Shown here: in pieces, positions 31,258-42,684 of the stretch | Layout: each line of letters starts with the position of its first letter | Numbering within the stretch: the stretch's first letter is position 1 | Origin: a virus | Lineage: Duplodnaviria > Caudoviricetes | Virus record (IMG/VR): IMGVR_UViG_3300020049_014895 | Coordinates: 10,482-74,481 of that record | Length of the DNA stretch: 64,000 nt | Strand: one strand, 5' to 3' | Translations under genes and position numbers: made by a program | The notes under the pieces: model-generated | What the model was told of the DNA's origin: nothing | Seen by the model: only the letters and a program-made list of their open reading frames with translations | The model's database searches: none

Positions 31258-33306
31258 CTATTTTATCTCCCTACTTTCCATCCCACGATTATCATATTTC
31301 TTGAAAAAATTTATTGGAGTAAAAACCCTTTCCGGAGCCACATAAGATTTTGATCCAATAATAGCATACATCGCAGATACAGTTAAATCGTAATCCGTCC
31401 AATTTTCTACATCAAAACTTGCCCAATCAGTTAATGTATCATCAAACATACAACAACCCATTTTACCAGTTTCGGTGTTTACCCCAATATTCTGATAAAC
31501 GTAAGACTGCATGTGTTCTACTAACATCCTTCTAATCCCACTATCAACCTGTCCAGTATTAGGAATCCATTTCTCTTTTTGATTCTTTTCCGAATAATCA
31601 GAATGAGTAAAAGCAGGCCTGTCCATTAAATAATTTTCATACCCACGATTTCTAAAGTGATTTATGCATCCAGGCTTATTTGATTCACCCAAAATCTCCC
31701 ACCCATAAAAGACACATTGCATCAGCATGTCTTCATAAAAAATAGAAGGATCTGCAGGACGCCCCCAATATTGAGTAACAAAAATGTTCGACATATGTCC
31801 ATCAATTATGCTTAACTTCCGGAACCCATGAGACGCAGCCTTAGATCGCTTATTTGAAGAGGTATATTTGTGATCAATTGGATCGGTTGAAAACACTCCT
31901 TCGTGTGTATTTGCTGGTGCTTTTTGTCCATACTTAGTTGTAGACTTGTTCCGGTCCTCAACTCTTGGCATCCAATACACAAGCCACTTTCCATTAACAT
32001 CATCCTCAAAAACAACCTCCGTATCTCGTTGCCCTCCCTTCCATACAAAGTTCCCTCTTCTTAAATGATTTTTAGTATTATTCAAATTGTGTTCAATTTG
32101 AGCATAAATCTTATCCAAATCAAAAACGGTTCTCTCGTTTGCTGGATCCATAAACATTTCTGCTTCAGTGAAAGGCCTTTGGCGAAGTTCTTCATAGTAA
32201 CCAACAATATCGCCCTCATCCTTTTTTGCCTTCCTTTCATTCTCTAAATATTCGCGTGCACCAATTTTTATCCAACACCCATCTATCCCCATAATTGGTT
32301 CGGAAGGAGTATCAATAACACTCATCCCGTATTCATCTATAAAACTCTCGAGTCCATCGTATGCCGGAACAAAATATCTCCACAATCCACTTTTAGTTCT
32401 ACCATTGGCTGTTTTCTCGAGAATGCTTGACCGGTTCCAAATGGCCTTAAAATTAGCCCCACCTTTTAACGACTCGTTCACTGTCGATCCAAAAAACATT
32501 TTTCCGATAATCTTACCTCCAAGCGTAACACAAGTTTTTGCAATATTAAACCACTTCTCCACATTGGCTGATTCCCATTTCCCGGCCTCATCGGCTGCCA
32601 ATATTTTAAGTTTCATACCATCGTAAGTATTCTCCCCTGTCGCTCGATAATCAATCTTAGTTCCCAAACTCACTTCTTTCTTGGTAACGCGAGTTTTCAT
32701 TGTGATTTTCTGTTGAGGAGTCTTAAACTCTAAAACCTTCTGAACATCTTCGGCAGACTTTACCTGTGGCTTAAAAAATGGAGGATAATTTATAAAACCA
32801 TGAATTAACTTAGAAAACATTTCCTTGGCATCGTCTCCGGTTTTTGACACAATACCATAATTTGAGTCAAATGTTTTTCTTGCCCGGTTTAGAATAACTG
32901 AATCCACTCGATAAGAATACCCATCTCTTCGAAGCTTCCCATAATCTTGACCAACACAATCAATATCGTTGTCGCACATCCACCAATGATAAAACCATCG
33001 CCTATCTCTATCTCGATATTCAGGATATCCTGAGTCTATTTTAAACCAATTACAATAATGGTAATGGTCTCCAGTAATATACGTTATAACCCCATTATTG
33101 TAAAAGTGAATTCCATCCCGACACTTCCGGTTTTCTTCGAACGCAAACTCATCCTTCTCCTCTTGTGATAAATAATCGTAGTTTTCTGGAAACTCTGTTC
33201 TTGTCCATTTTTGCTCCTTTTTAGGCTTGTTCCAATTAAGAATTTGCTCCTTTTTGGGAGGAGCCGGAACCTTAAAAATAAGTCCTTCATATAATTCTAC
33301 TTCCAT
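31258..33306 (-). CDS. terL: Terminase large subunit (crAss-like type)
   Basis: ITGDHYHY, KLRRDGYS (Walker A region), ILAADEAGKW (Walker B), RNase H-like STDPID and ESNKPG motifs. Confidence 0.92.
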   Translation of the reverse strand: MEVELYEGLIFKVPAPPKKEQILNWNKPKKEQKWTRTEFPENYDYLSQEEKDEFAFEENRKCRDGIHFYNNGVITYITGDHYHYCNWFKIDSGYPEYRDRDRRWFYHWWMCDNDIDCVGQDYGKLRRDGYSYRVDSVILNRARKTFDSNYGIVSKTGDDAKEMFSKLIHGFINYPPFFKPQVKSAEDVQKVLEFKTPQQKITMKTRVTKKEVSLGTKIDYRATGENTYDGMKLKILAADEAGKWESANVEKWFNIAKTCVTLGGKIIGKMFFGSTVNESLKGGANFKAIWNRSSILEKTANGRTKSGLWRYFVPAYDGLESFIDEYGMSVIDTPSEPIMGIDGCWIKIGAREYLENERKAKKDEGDIVGYYEELRQRPFTEAEMFMDPANERTVFDLDKIYAQIEHNLNNTKNHLRRGNFVWKGGQRDTEVVFEDDVNGKWLVYWMPRVEDRNKSTTKYGQKAPANTHEGVFSTDPIDHKYTSSNKRSKAASHGFRKLSIIDGHMSNIFVTQYWGRPADPSIFYEDMLMQCVFYGWEILGESNKPGCINHFRNRGYENYLMDRPAFTHSDYSEKNQKEKWIPNTGQVDSGIRRMLVEHMQSYVYQNIGVNTETGKMGCCMFDDTLTDWASFDVENWTDYDLTVSAMYAIIGSKSYVAPERVFTPINFFKKYDNRGMESREIK

Positions 33307-33308
33307 TA

Positions 33309-33659
33309 TTATTTCTTTTCAGATAAAGCAATTCGTTCTGCTATTCCGGCATTTTCAGCCATCTGCTTATCGACATCCTTTCGCTCCATTGGAGTCATTT
33401 TATTTCTAAAAAACTCAAGTTGCTCAGCCCACGTTTTCTGTTTTGTTGCAAACTTTTCAATCGATGTCATAATTTTATCCGCATCATCTGCCATAAAATC
33501 AACATCCAGTGCACGAATTTTTTTATTCCCACTATCCACGATCATCTTTAATGTAATATAAGGGTCGCAATAAGGACTGGATGTATACTTTTTTAATTGA
33601 GATTCAAGATATTCGACATAAGCCAATACAGCCTTGTCCTTAATAGGTGGTTTTTCCAT
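33309..33659 (-). CDS. Hypothetical protein, candidate terminase small subunit
   Basis: Helical 116 aa directly upstream of terL, with its own TATATTTG box. Confidence 0.45.
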   Translation of the reverse strand: MEKPPIKDKAVLAYVEYLESQLKKYTSSPYCDPYITLKMIVDSGNKKIRALDVDFMADDADKIMTSIEKFATKQKTWAEQLEFFRNKMTPMERKDVDKQMAENAGIAERIALSEKK

Positions 33660-33691
33660 AATCTGTTTAATTAAACTTTGACAAATATAAT

Positions 33692-33721
33692 AAAAAAAGA
33701 GAGACTTTTTACATCTCTCTT
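33692..33721 (-). terminator. Intrinsic terminator
   Basis: AAGAGAGA/TCTCTCTT stem followed by a U-tract on the minus strand. Confidence 0.6.
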
Positions 33722-33753
33722 CTAACCTTAAAAAAACTAACTATAACTATGAA

Positions 33754-34779
33754 CTAAAGCGCATTAATTGCCGTTTGAATTTGAGCTGCTGTTTGAGCAA
33801 CTTGCAACGCCTGAAGAGCAGTCCCCTGAGCATTATAAAGAATGTTGCATCCAGCCCCACCGCTTAATGTGAGTGTTGGGTAAGCAGCACTTGACACATA
33901 CTCTCCTGCATTTGTAATTGCTGTTCCTGTTACCTCGCCTGTAGAAGGAGTAATAGAAGCGGTTGCTGTTGCCAAAACAACACCTGCACTAAACGTTAAA
34001 GTAGGAGCAACATTATAGTTTGCCCCAGGATCAGTAATTGTCAAAGCCTCAACTTTCATCTTAATCGTACCAGTAGCGCCTGTGCCATCTCCACTAATTG
34101 TAACCGTTGGCATAGAGGTGTACCCCGTTCCATTTGCAGTAATTGTAATTGAAGTTACAGCGTCTGCTGTTAAAGAGGCTGTTGCCGTTGCTCCCGTTCC
34201 TCCACCACCAGTAATCGCAACAGTTGCAGCAGTATACCCAGACCCTCCAGCGGTAACGACTCCGGTTCCTGTTTTCACATTTGTTGTAAACGTAATCTCA
34301 GCATCATCTGTTACCGGTTCAGCAACAACAGAATCAATATACAAATTGTTAATGTATCGAGTCGCTGAATCTTGTTGCATTGTGATAGCAAATGTGTTTC
34401 CTGCAGCAGTATTAATATCTGAGGCGTTTTCGGTTACAATATATTTTACAGGATAATTAGTGTATCCATTGTAAAGAATCTGAGTAGTTGAACCTAAATC
34501 ATCCACGAAAATCATTTTATCGCTATGCAAATAAATAACGGTTGAATTTGCATCCGCAAGAGTCACGGCTTGAGTTCTTGCAGCAGCCGTATTGATTGTG
34601 GCAACAGCCTCACCTACTTCTCGAACGACAATATTATCGCGATTATCAAGGTAAGTTAATTGAGTATCAGCGCCAGAATTAATTGCGGTGAAATTTAAGA
34701 TAGAATCAGCAGACAACTTAAAAGTTGCTCCAGTTGCTAAATCAGTTAGCGATATTGATTTTGATGCTTGAACAGCCAT
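33754..34779 (-). CDS. Virion decoration/fibre-like protein with Gly-rich (T.GGSGYT) repeats
   Basis: [24 protein letters not shown] and TNAGEY repeats; has its own late promoter. Confidence 0.6.
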   Translation of the reverse strand: MAVQASKSISLTDLATGATFKLSADSILNFTAINSGADTQLTYLDNRDNIVVREVGEAVATINTAAARTQAVTLADANSTVIYLHSDKMIFVDDLGSTTQILYNGYTNYPVKYIVTENASDINTAAGNTFAITMQQDSATRYINNLYIDSVVAEPVTDDAEITFTTNVKTGTGVVTAGGSGYTAATVAITGGGGTGATATASLTADAVTSITITANGTGYTSMPTVTISGDGTGATGTIKMKVEALTITDPGANYNVAPTLTFSAGVVLATATASITPSTGEVTGTAITNAGEYVSSAAYPTLTLSGGAGCNILYNAQGTALQALQVAQTAAQIQTAINAL

Positions 34780-34805
34780 GATTTTTATAGATTAAGTTTA
34801 TAAGA

Positions 34806-34843
34806 CAAATCTATTAATTTATTTAGAATGATTATAAATTAGA
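34806..34843 (-). promoter_or_regulatory. Late promoter, copy 3: 23-bp operator + 7 nt + TAGATTTG
   Basis: Motif at 34821-34843; -7 box at 34806-34813. Confidence 0.85.
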
Positions 34844-34854
34844 TGCAAATTATT

Positions 34855-36709
<1,855 letters not shown>

Positions 36710-36713
<4 letters not shown>

Positions 36714-37552
36714 AAGTATTTATAATTTATTTCATCTGTTGTTAAAAAAGAATAATCAATTCCATCATATCTAAGCTTACTTGCTAACCCGTTAAAATAA
36801 CTCACCTTTTCGCCAATGGCTACCCCTTTTATGCTTTCCCCAATATTACAAACTACACCAATTCGCTCGCGCTCATTTACCCGATAAATAAGCCCACCAC
36901 TTCTTTCTTCTTCCGTAATATCACGAACAAGCATCTTGTTTGATAAACAAGATAATTTCCCGCTTCGCTCTATACCAATAATATTCCGAAGCCTCATTCT
37001 ATACAATTCTTTCCCGGAAATATTTATATCATAATCAGCATTATTTGTAAAAAAAACAACATCACCCATTCTTAATCCACCTTTTTTAGCAGCCTTTGAC
37101 AAAGCAAACACTTTACCAACATTATCAAGGAACCCTCTGTTAGACTTTAAAATCAATCCGGATTCACCTACAAGGTTAGACTCCGGCTCAAGGATTGGCT
37201 CTACAAATATAAAATCTTCTAATGGCTCCAATTTAGTATTAACGATTTTTGCAAACAAGTGAAAATACTCACAACGATAAAGAAGTTCATTGTTGTACAT
37301 CAAAGAATTATCATCTTGACACACGAAATGATGAAACAAAACAACATCTCCCATTTTAACAGGATTGTCATTCAAATACTCAGAATCAATTACTAGTGAG
37401 GGATACGCAACAACACCGACTTGTGTTGCATGACGATATGGATCAAAATCCGTATCCATAGATAACGGCTCTCCATTGTGTCCGGTAATAGGTGTAACTC
37501 GTTTAGAATCCCTATCCGCACGGATCAAGAATAAATCTTTTATTAATTTCAC
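36710..37552 (-). CDS. Protein of three tandem GroES-like domains
   Basis: Three units of about 90 aa, each with a (P)L.D...V start, a G.V...G/S strand and a GD.V.(F/Y) motif. Confidence 0.75.
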
Positions 37553-37566
37553 TTTGTTTAATTAAA

Positions 37567-37839
37567 CTACACTAACGTCTCTTTACTATACAAATCGTAT
37601 TCTAATGTAACAGGAACACGCTCAAAAGCCTTCCACAAAACAGTCACACTCTCTCCCGAAATTTTTGCGTAAATCAAAAATCTAGCACACCCAAAAAGAT
37701 GAAACTGATTTAAGTCCTCTACAATATCCGTAATAGTTTTGTCTCCAAACCTTTGTCCAACAGAAAAAGCTAAGCCTTCATCTTTTGGATTAAGGCCAAT
37801 AACAATTTTCCGTATAACACCAGTTGGAGTCCTATCCAT
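37567..37839 (-). CDS. Conserved hypothetical protein of Bacteroidota phages
   Basis: IRKIVIG...FSVGQ...IY.K...LWKAF..VPVTLEYDL pattern, adjacent to the GroES-like gene. Confidence 0.65.
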   Translation of the reverse strand: MDRTPTGVIRKIVIGLNPKDEGLAFSVGQRFGDKTITDIVEDLNQFHLFGCARFLIYAKISGESVTVLWKAFERVPVTLEYDLYSKETLV

Positions 37840-38201
37840 TACTTACTCATTCTTAAATTTTTCTTCTGCTTTCTCGTCTCCAAATTAAAAACTCGTCCCT
37901 TTGCCACATCCGCATCAGTCGTACCGGTCGATGAATTTTTTGTGTATATTCGAGTATCCCCGGGATTCCCCCCAAGATCCCGCATGTTTTGATGCAACCC
38001 ACCGGAAGGCTTTTCCACCTTTTCATCTCGCTCCTTTTTAACCGTTCCAATACTATAACGCTTCTTAGTAGGATTAAATTTAGAAAGAGACATCTTACCT
38101 CTTGTGGTTGGACCACACTTCCCATCGGTACAATCCGCTACTCCTGAATCTTTTTTCTTTTTTTTGATGGGATCACCACCATTCATTGATAAAGTTGCCA
38201 T
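37839..38201 (-). CDS. Basic hypothetical protein
   Basis: Lys-rich 120 aa with an upstream TATATTTG box. Confidence 0.6.
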   Translation of the reverse strand: MATLSMNGGDPIKKKKKDSGVADCTDGKCGPTTRGKMSLSKFNPTKKRYSIGTVKKERDEKVEKPSGGLHQNMRDLGGNPGDTRIYTKNSSTGTTDADVAKGRVFNLETRKQKKNLRMSK

Positions 38202-38235
38202 GGTTTTTTATTTTTACAAATATATAAAATAATAA

Positions 38236-38673
38236 CTATTGACGATAAAAACTGTACTTTATTTTACCATAATATTCTTCGTGCCACTCATAATTCATTG
38301 GATTAACCTCTACAACACTATCCTTCAGGCTACCATTAGTATTTTGCTCGGCAACATAAATTTTATCACCTACAATCTTATAAACAATACAAACATGGCT
38401 AACCTTACGCTTTGTTCCACCTGTCATTCTACAAATATCTCCAGGCCGAATATCTTTCAACTTAACCTCTTTCCCATATTTATTTTTTTCAGCACAGCTA
38501 CCATCATAGTCTACATTATACGTTCTTATGGCAGACTGAACAAGTTCATAACACAACCCGCTTCCAATCTTCTTCCCTTTATTTTCGTCCACAAATTTCA
38601 GAATTTGTTCTTGATGGCTTTGCCCTAAAATCCTTGATGTTACAAGCAAAAATAAAAAAATTAAATTCTTCAT
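38236..38673 (-). CDS. Secreted CHAP/NlpC-P60-like protein
   Basis: Signal peptide MKNLIFLFLLVTSRILGQ; GSGLCYELV (Cys), PGDI, SHVCIV (His) and AEQN. Confidence 0.6.
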   Translation of the reverse strand: MKNLIFLFLLVTSRILGQSHQEQILKFVDENKGKKIGSGLCYELVQSAIRTYNVDYDGSCAEKNKYGKEVKLKDIRPGDICRMTGGTKRKVSHVCIVYKIVGDKIYVAEQNTNGSLKDSVVEVNPMNYEWHEEYYGKIKYSFYRQ

Positions 38674-38724
38674 AGTATATCAATTTTGATATGTTTTACG
38701 CAAAGATATACAAAAAGTTACACG

Positions 38725-38762
38725 AAATAAAAAATCCTCCCAAAATTAATTGAGAGGATTTT
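38725..38762 (-). terminator. Intrinsic terminator
   Basis: AAAATCCTC/GAGGATTTT stem plus U-tract after the 380-aa gene. Confidence 0.65.
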
Positions 38763-38779
38763 GATTAAGAAATTATTTA

Positions 38780-39922
38780 TTAAAAAATTTCAGACTTTAG
38801 TTTTGCCAATAAAACAGGATTCGTCTTCAATTCCATCATTAAATCCGGCAATTTGTGATTTTTCTCATTATACTTATACCAAAATGGCTTAGAAAAAATA
38901 ATCACACCTTTTGTTACTCCAGACTCAATATATCGAGATAGGTCTTCATCAGAAACATCTGCAACAATCACTTGAGGAATCACCGGTTTTAAATCGCTCG
39001 CAATCTGATTCATTTCGGGTTCAGAAGGAGTATTTTGCAACTCAGTTTTAATCGATGGAACTTTTTTCTCCGGACGCATCATTCCCATAATTGCATCCCA
39101 AACCTTCTCTCCATTTGGAGTAAATGTTGCATCAACAAAATCATCAACTAAATCTTTACCCATCGGGGCCTGAGTAATAGCATTACCAGCTTTCCAATTA
39201 ATTGTATTTGTAGACATATTCTTTTCAATGATTCCCATCTTCAGGGCTTCCATCGTGAAATACTTTCGCTTCATTTTTGGAGACTTCAATCCGTCCATAA
39301 ATTTTTTCGGATCAGCCGTTGCTCTTAATCTCAATGCATAACGGATCTCTCTCGGGTCTGAGTCCAAAGGAATTCCGCAAACCATTGCATACGCAGCAAC
39401 CTCATCCCAATCTCCCTTATAACAGAAATGTTGTGCTTCAGATAACATTTCGTCAGCATCCATCACAGATTGCAATCCTTGTCCCGGATCAACAGTAAAA
39501 AATTTAATCTTGGCAGTTTTATCTCTTTCCAAGTTACTACCATTTTTATTTGTAGTCATTAAATACTTAATCAGCAATGTTTGTTTCCCATCAATACGCT
39601 TGTCGCCATCAATAAACTCAAGGTAATAAGGCTTTTTAGGGATTTTTTCATCAGATGTTTGCTCGTCCATGTAAATAGACTTCTCTCCAGGGATATAACG
39701 AATAACTCGCTGAATGCCCTTTTCTGCATCAAAAATCTCATCATACAAAGGCATACGAACCGATGGAGGAAAATGTCTTCCAACACCTCTGGCACTTTTA
39801 TAAGAAGGATTTTCATTGATGTGATTCAAAACAAAGACGAATTCTTTGTTTGCATACTTGCCTGATTTGAAATCGGCATACGATCCAAGTTTCCTTGAAA
39901 CACTATTAGCTACTGCTTCCAT
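38780..39922 (-). CDS. Conserved capsid-module protein downstream of MCP (crAss-like)
   Basis: RVIRYIPGEKSIYMDEQ...LEFIDG pattern in the position conserved in crAss-like head modules. Confidence 0.65.
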   Translation of the reverse strand: MEAVANSVSRKLGSYADFKSGKYANKEFVFVLNHINENPSYKSARGVGRHFPPSVRMPLYDEIFDAEKGIQRVIRYIPGEKSIYMDEQTSDEKIPKKPYYLEFIDGDKRIDGKQTLLIKYLMTTNKNGSNLERDKTAKIKFFTVDPGQGLQSVMDADEMLSEAQHFCYKGDWDEVAAYAMVCGIPLDSDPREIRYALRLRATADPKKFMDGLKSPKMKRKYFTMEALKMGIIEKNMSTNTINWKAGNAITQAPMGKDLVDDFVDATFTPNGEKVWDAIMGMMRPEKKVPSIKTELQNTPSEPEMNQIASDLKPVIPQVIVADVSDEDLSRYIESGVTKGVIIFSKPFWYKYNEKNHKLPDLMMELKTNPVLLAKLKSEIF

Positions 39923-39962
39923 TTTTTTTAATTGAATTAAATTTAATTATTAAACTGACTTG

Positions 39963-39996
39963 TAAAAAATCGCGCTGAGACCTTCCCAGCGCGATT
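39963..39996 (-). terminator. Strong intrinsic terminator after the major capsid gene
   Basis: AATCGCGCTG/CAGCGCGATT perfect 10-bp stem followed by a U-tract on the minus strand. Confidence 0.85.
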
Positions 39997-40011
39997 CTAA
40001 TTTTCCTATTG

Positions 40012-41424
40012 CTAAGCTGGAGTTACCCAAACAAAACGACCAGGCGCAAACCCTTCGAAACCATAGTGGCTTCTCCAGTTAATTTGCAAACTATCTTCGT
40101 CATTTGTATAAACTCCGTTAGCACCACCTGTTGGCCACTCTTCCCAATCGCGAGAATATGATCCACCAGCCTTAGCTTGAGAAACATAATTCATACGAAT
40201 TGATGGAACGGATTCTTTTTTGTTATCCGGACCAAATGAATGAACTGACTTATCCATTGGAATAACCACCGCTGAATCAACATACTCTTGACCTGCAGCG
40301 CCTAACATATTTTTGTAATTAAATACATCGTATGTTTTTAAGTTGTAAGTGTAACCTTGAATTTTGAAAGAATCAAAACTAAAGTTCACAGCTTGATTTG
40401 CTCCAAATGTTCCATACTCAAAAGAACCATTCTTCATTTCGATAGTGATAAAATCATCAATACCTGTGCGAAGATTAATACCTGAATAAACAGCATTCGC
40501 TTTCGCTCCGCGATATTTATCCAATTGATCGGTTGTCATTGTTTGCCAATCAGCTTTTGTGATACCAGTAACAGAGTTATAGTTTGTTGTGTTTCCGTAG
40601 TTTTGTACGAAAGGAATCAAACCTTCAGTTTTTGTTAATGTTGGTTGAGCTGTAGCAAGAACAGTGTTTGTGATTTTTTGACCAGTAATCAAAGACACCT
40701 CACGCAAGTTGCGACAAGCAACATAAGCGTCATGTTGTCCCTTGTAGTAATACAAGTAACCCATTTGACCATTTAACCCTTCAACTTCTACCCAAATTTC
40801 CTCACCTAATGCAGTACCAGTAGATTTGTTAGATTCCTTCATGATTTGCATGTTGTTCACATAACGATTAACTCTACGTGCCTGAGATAATGGTTGACCA
40901 GTACCTTCTTGGTGAGCGTTACCGGTAATAATCAATGTATCAGTTGTTAAAACAGCAGGAATTGACTGCCCCAAAACTACTGGAGTAACAGTAAACGTGT
41001 TACCAGAAACTGCCGTAACTTGCGCTTCAACACCATTCGGGAATCTTACTGTATCTTGCAAACGAGTTGGATTTGCTGTTACTGCACCTGCAACTAAATA
41101 AGGAGACATTGCTCCAGAAGGATACGTATAACGATACCCAGCAGCAACTGTTAATACAACTGCAGCGTTTGCCGCTCCACCTGCATCAGCATCACACTGA
41201 ACAACTTCATGCAACCAATCTTCTTCAGAGTGCATGTATTCGATTCCGGAAACTGGGTTCCATCCGCCAAGCTCATTCATTAAGCCTGTCATGTTTTGAT
41301 CTCCTAATGCCTTGTATAATTTAGAATCATACTGAGGCTTTAAAAGATTATATAATTGTGCCGAACCAACCCAATTGTGGGAGGTTACCGCTTGCACCAT
41401 ACTTGGTACTACTGCTAATGCCAT
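40012..41424 (-). CDS. Major capsid protein (crAss-like HK97 fold)
   Basis: 470 aa; LLKPQY...GDQ..TGLM...EYMHSEEDWLH and YVNNMQIMK patterns; located after portal and scaffold and followed by a terminator. Confidence 0.85.
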   Translation of the reverse strand: MALAVVPSMVQAVTSHNWVGSAQLYNLLKPQYDSKLYKALGDQNMTGLMNELGGWNPVSGIEYMHSEEDWLHEVVQCDADAGGAANAAVVLTVAAGYRYTYPSGAMSPYLVAGAVTANPTRLQDTVRFPNGVEAQVTAVSGNTFTVTPVVLGQSIPAVLTTDTLIITGNAHQEGTGQPLSQARRVNRYVNNMQIMKESNKSTGTALGEEIWVEVEGLNGQMGYLYYYKGQHDAYVACRNLREVSLITGQKITNTVLATAQPTLTKTEGLIPFVQNYGNTTNYNSVTGITKADWQTMTTDQLDKYRGAKANAVYSGINLRTGIDDFITIEMKNGSFEYGTFGANQAVNFSFDSFKIQGYTYNLKTYDVFNYKNMLGAAGQEYVDSAVVIPMDKSVHSFGPDNKKESVPSIRMNYVSQAKAGGSYSRDWEEWPTGGANGVYTNDEDSLQINWRSHYGFEGFAPGRFVWVTPA

Positions 41425-41460
41425 AATTTTATGAGTTTCCTAAACTCTCTTTTTAGTTGT

Positions 41461-42603
41461 TTATAAATTTTTTTCGACCTGCTCTTGAGCCTTTGCTCTC
41501 CAATCAACCTTCGAAGTAGTTGGTGTAGGGTTAGCCTCAAAAGAAATGTTTTTAATAGCCTTTACCTCAGACTCCTTGCCCTTGGCTTCAGCATTTTGGT
41601 GTGCAACCTTTACAATATTGTCCTTGTTTTTCCAATACAAAATCATATCATACACAGCCTTTTGATTCATTTTGCCATCCTTGTCTTCAAATTGCTTCCA
41701 AAAAACCGAAATATCTTTCGTCATTGATTTCATCATATCAGCGGCATATTTCTTATCCGCATCCGACACCTCAAAATCAACAGATTCCTTGTCGCTTATC
41801 TTTGTAGATAATTTTGACGTTTTATTAACAAGCTCTTCGTCAACAAACTTCTCCCAATTTTCCTGAGCCAATCTTTCCGATTCAGCTCTTTGCTCTAATT
41901 GTTTTGGGTCTGGTGTCTTAGCAAATACTCGCTCATTTTTGAAGTTAACCAACCACTCTCGATCATTATACGCATCGCGCATTAAAATCTCTCTGTTGGC
42001 GATATCTTCATCGGTTAAGTCCGTATCATCCTTGTCAATCCATTCACTTAAATTATATTTTTTATCTAATTGAATTTCAATTGTCTTATCCGACAATCCG
42101 GCATAATCCGGATGTCTTCGCATTGCCTCCATTCGGATATCCAATGGATTGTCCATGCTGGCGAAATCTTTACTTTGCAATTCAAAGAACTCTGCATCAA
42201 ACTTTACGCCTTTGTTTTTAAGGTCCTGCCAATGCTTTAACTCTTCGTCAAGTTCCTCCTTGGGAGCACTTAAAACAGATTCAATTTCTTCCCACGTTTT
42301 AAATTTTCCTCCAGTCTTCTCAGCAACCTGATCCTCAAAAGATTTTGATGATACAGCATTTTCAATTATTGGCGCATCTACAACAGGCGCTTCAACGGCC
42401 GGAGCTTCAACAATTTGGGTTTCAACAGCCGGAACTTCAACTGCAGGTTTTTCTACTACAGGATTTGTCAAAGAATTTTCCACCGGAGCCGCCTCTACTT
42501 GTGGAGTAATTATATTTTTAAATTCAGAACCGGTTGTGTCTACAACCGAACCTTTGAATGCTTCTTTTAATCCACTTTGGATTTCTTCTTGTATTGGATC
42601 CAT
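41461..42603 (-). CDS. Capsid scaffolding-like protein
   Basis: Acidic, with PAVEAP low-complexity repeats; lies between portal and MCP. Confidence 0.7.
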   Translation of the reverse strand: MDPIQEEIQSGLKEAFKGSVVDTTGSEFKNIITPQVEAAPVENSLTNPVVEKPAVEVPAVETQIVEAPAVEAPVVDAPIIENAVSSKSFEDQVAEKTGGKFKTWEEIESVLSAPKEELDEELKHWQDLKNKGVKFDAEFFELQSKDFASMDNPLDIRMEAMRRHPDYAGLSDKTIEIQLDKKYNLSEWIDKDDTDLTDEDIANREILMRDAYNDREWLVNFKNERVFAKTPDPKQLEQRAESERLAQENWEKFVDEELVNKTSKLSTKISDKESVDFEVSDADKKYAADMMKSMTKDISVFWKQFEDKDGKMNQKAVYDMILYWKNKDNIVKVAHQNAEAKGKESEVKAIKNISFEANPTPTTSKVDWRAKAQEQVEKNL

Positions 42604-42641
42604 TTTGTTTAATTTTAATTAAATTTAACTTATACTAATTA

Positions 42642-42679
42642 CAAATATATATTCTTATTTAGAATGATTATAAATTAGA
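42642..42679 (-). promoter_or_regulatory. Late promoter, copy 4: 23-bp operator + 7 nt + TATATTTG
   Basis: Motif at 42657-42679; -7 box at 42642-42649. Confidence 0.85.
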
Positions 42680-42684
42680 GCGAA

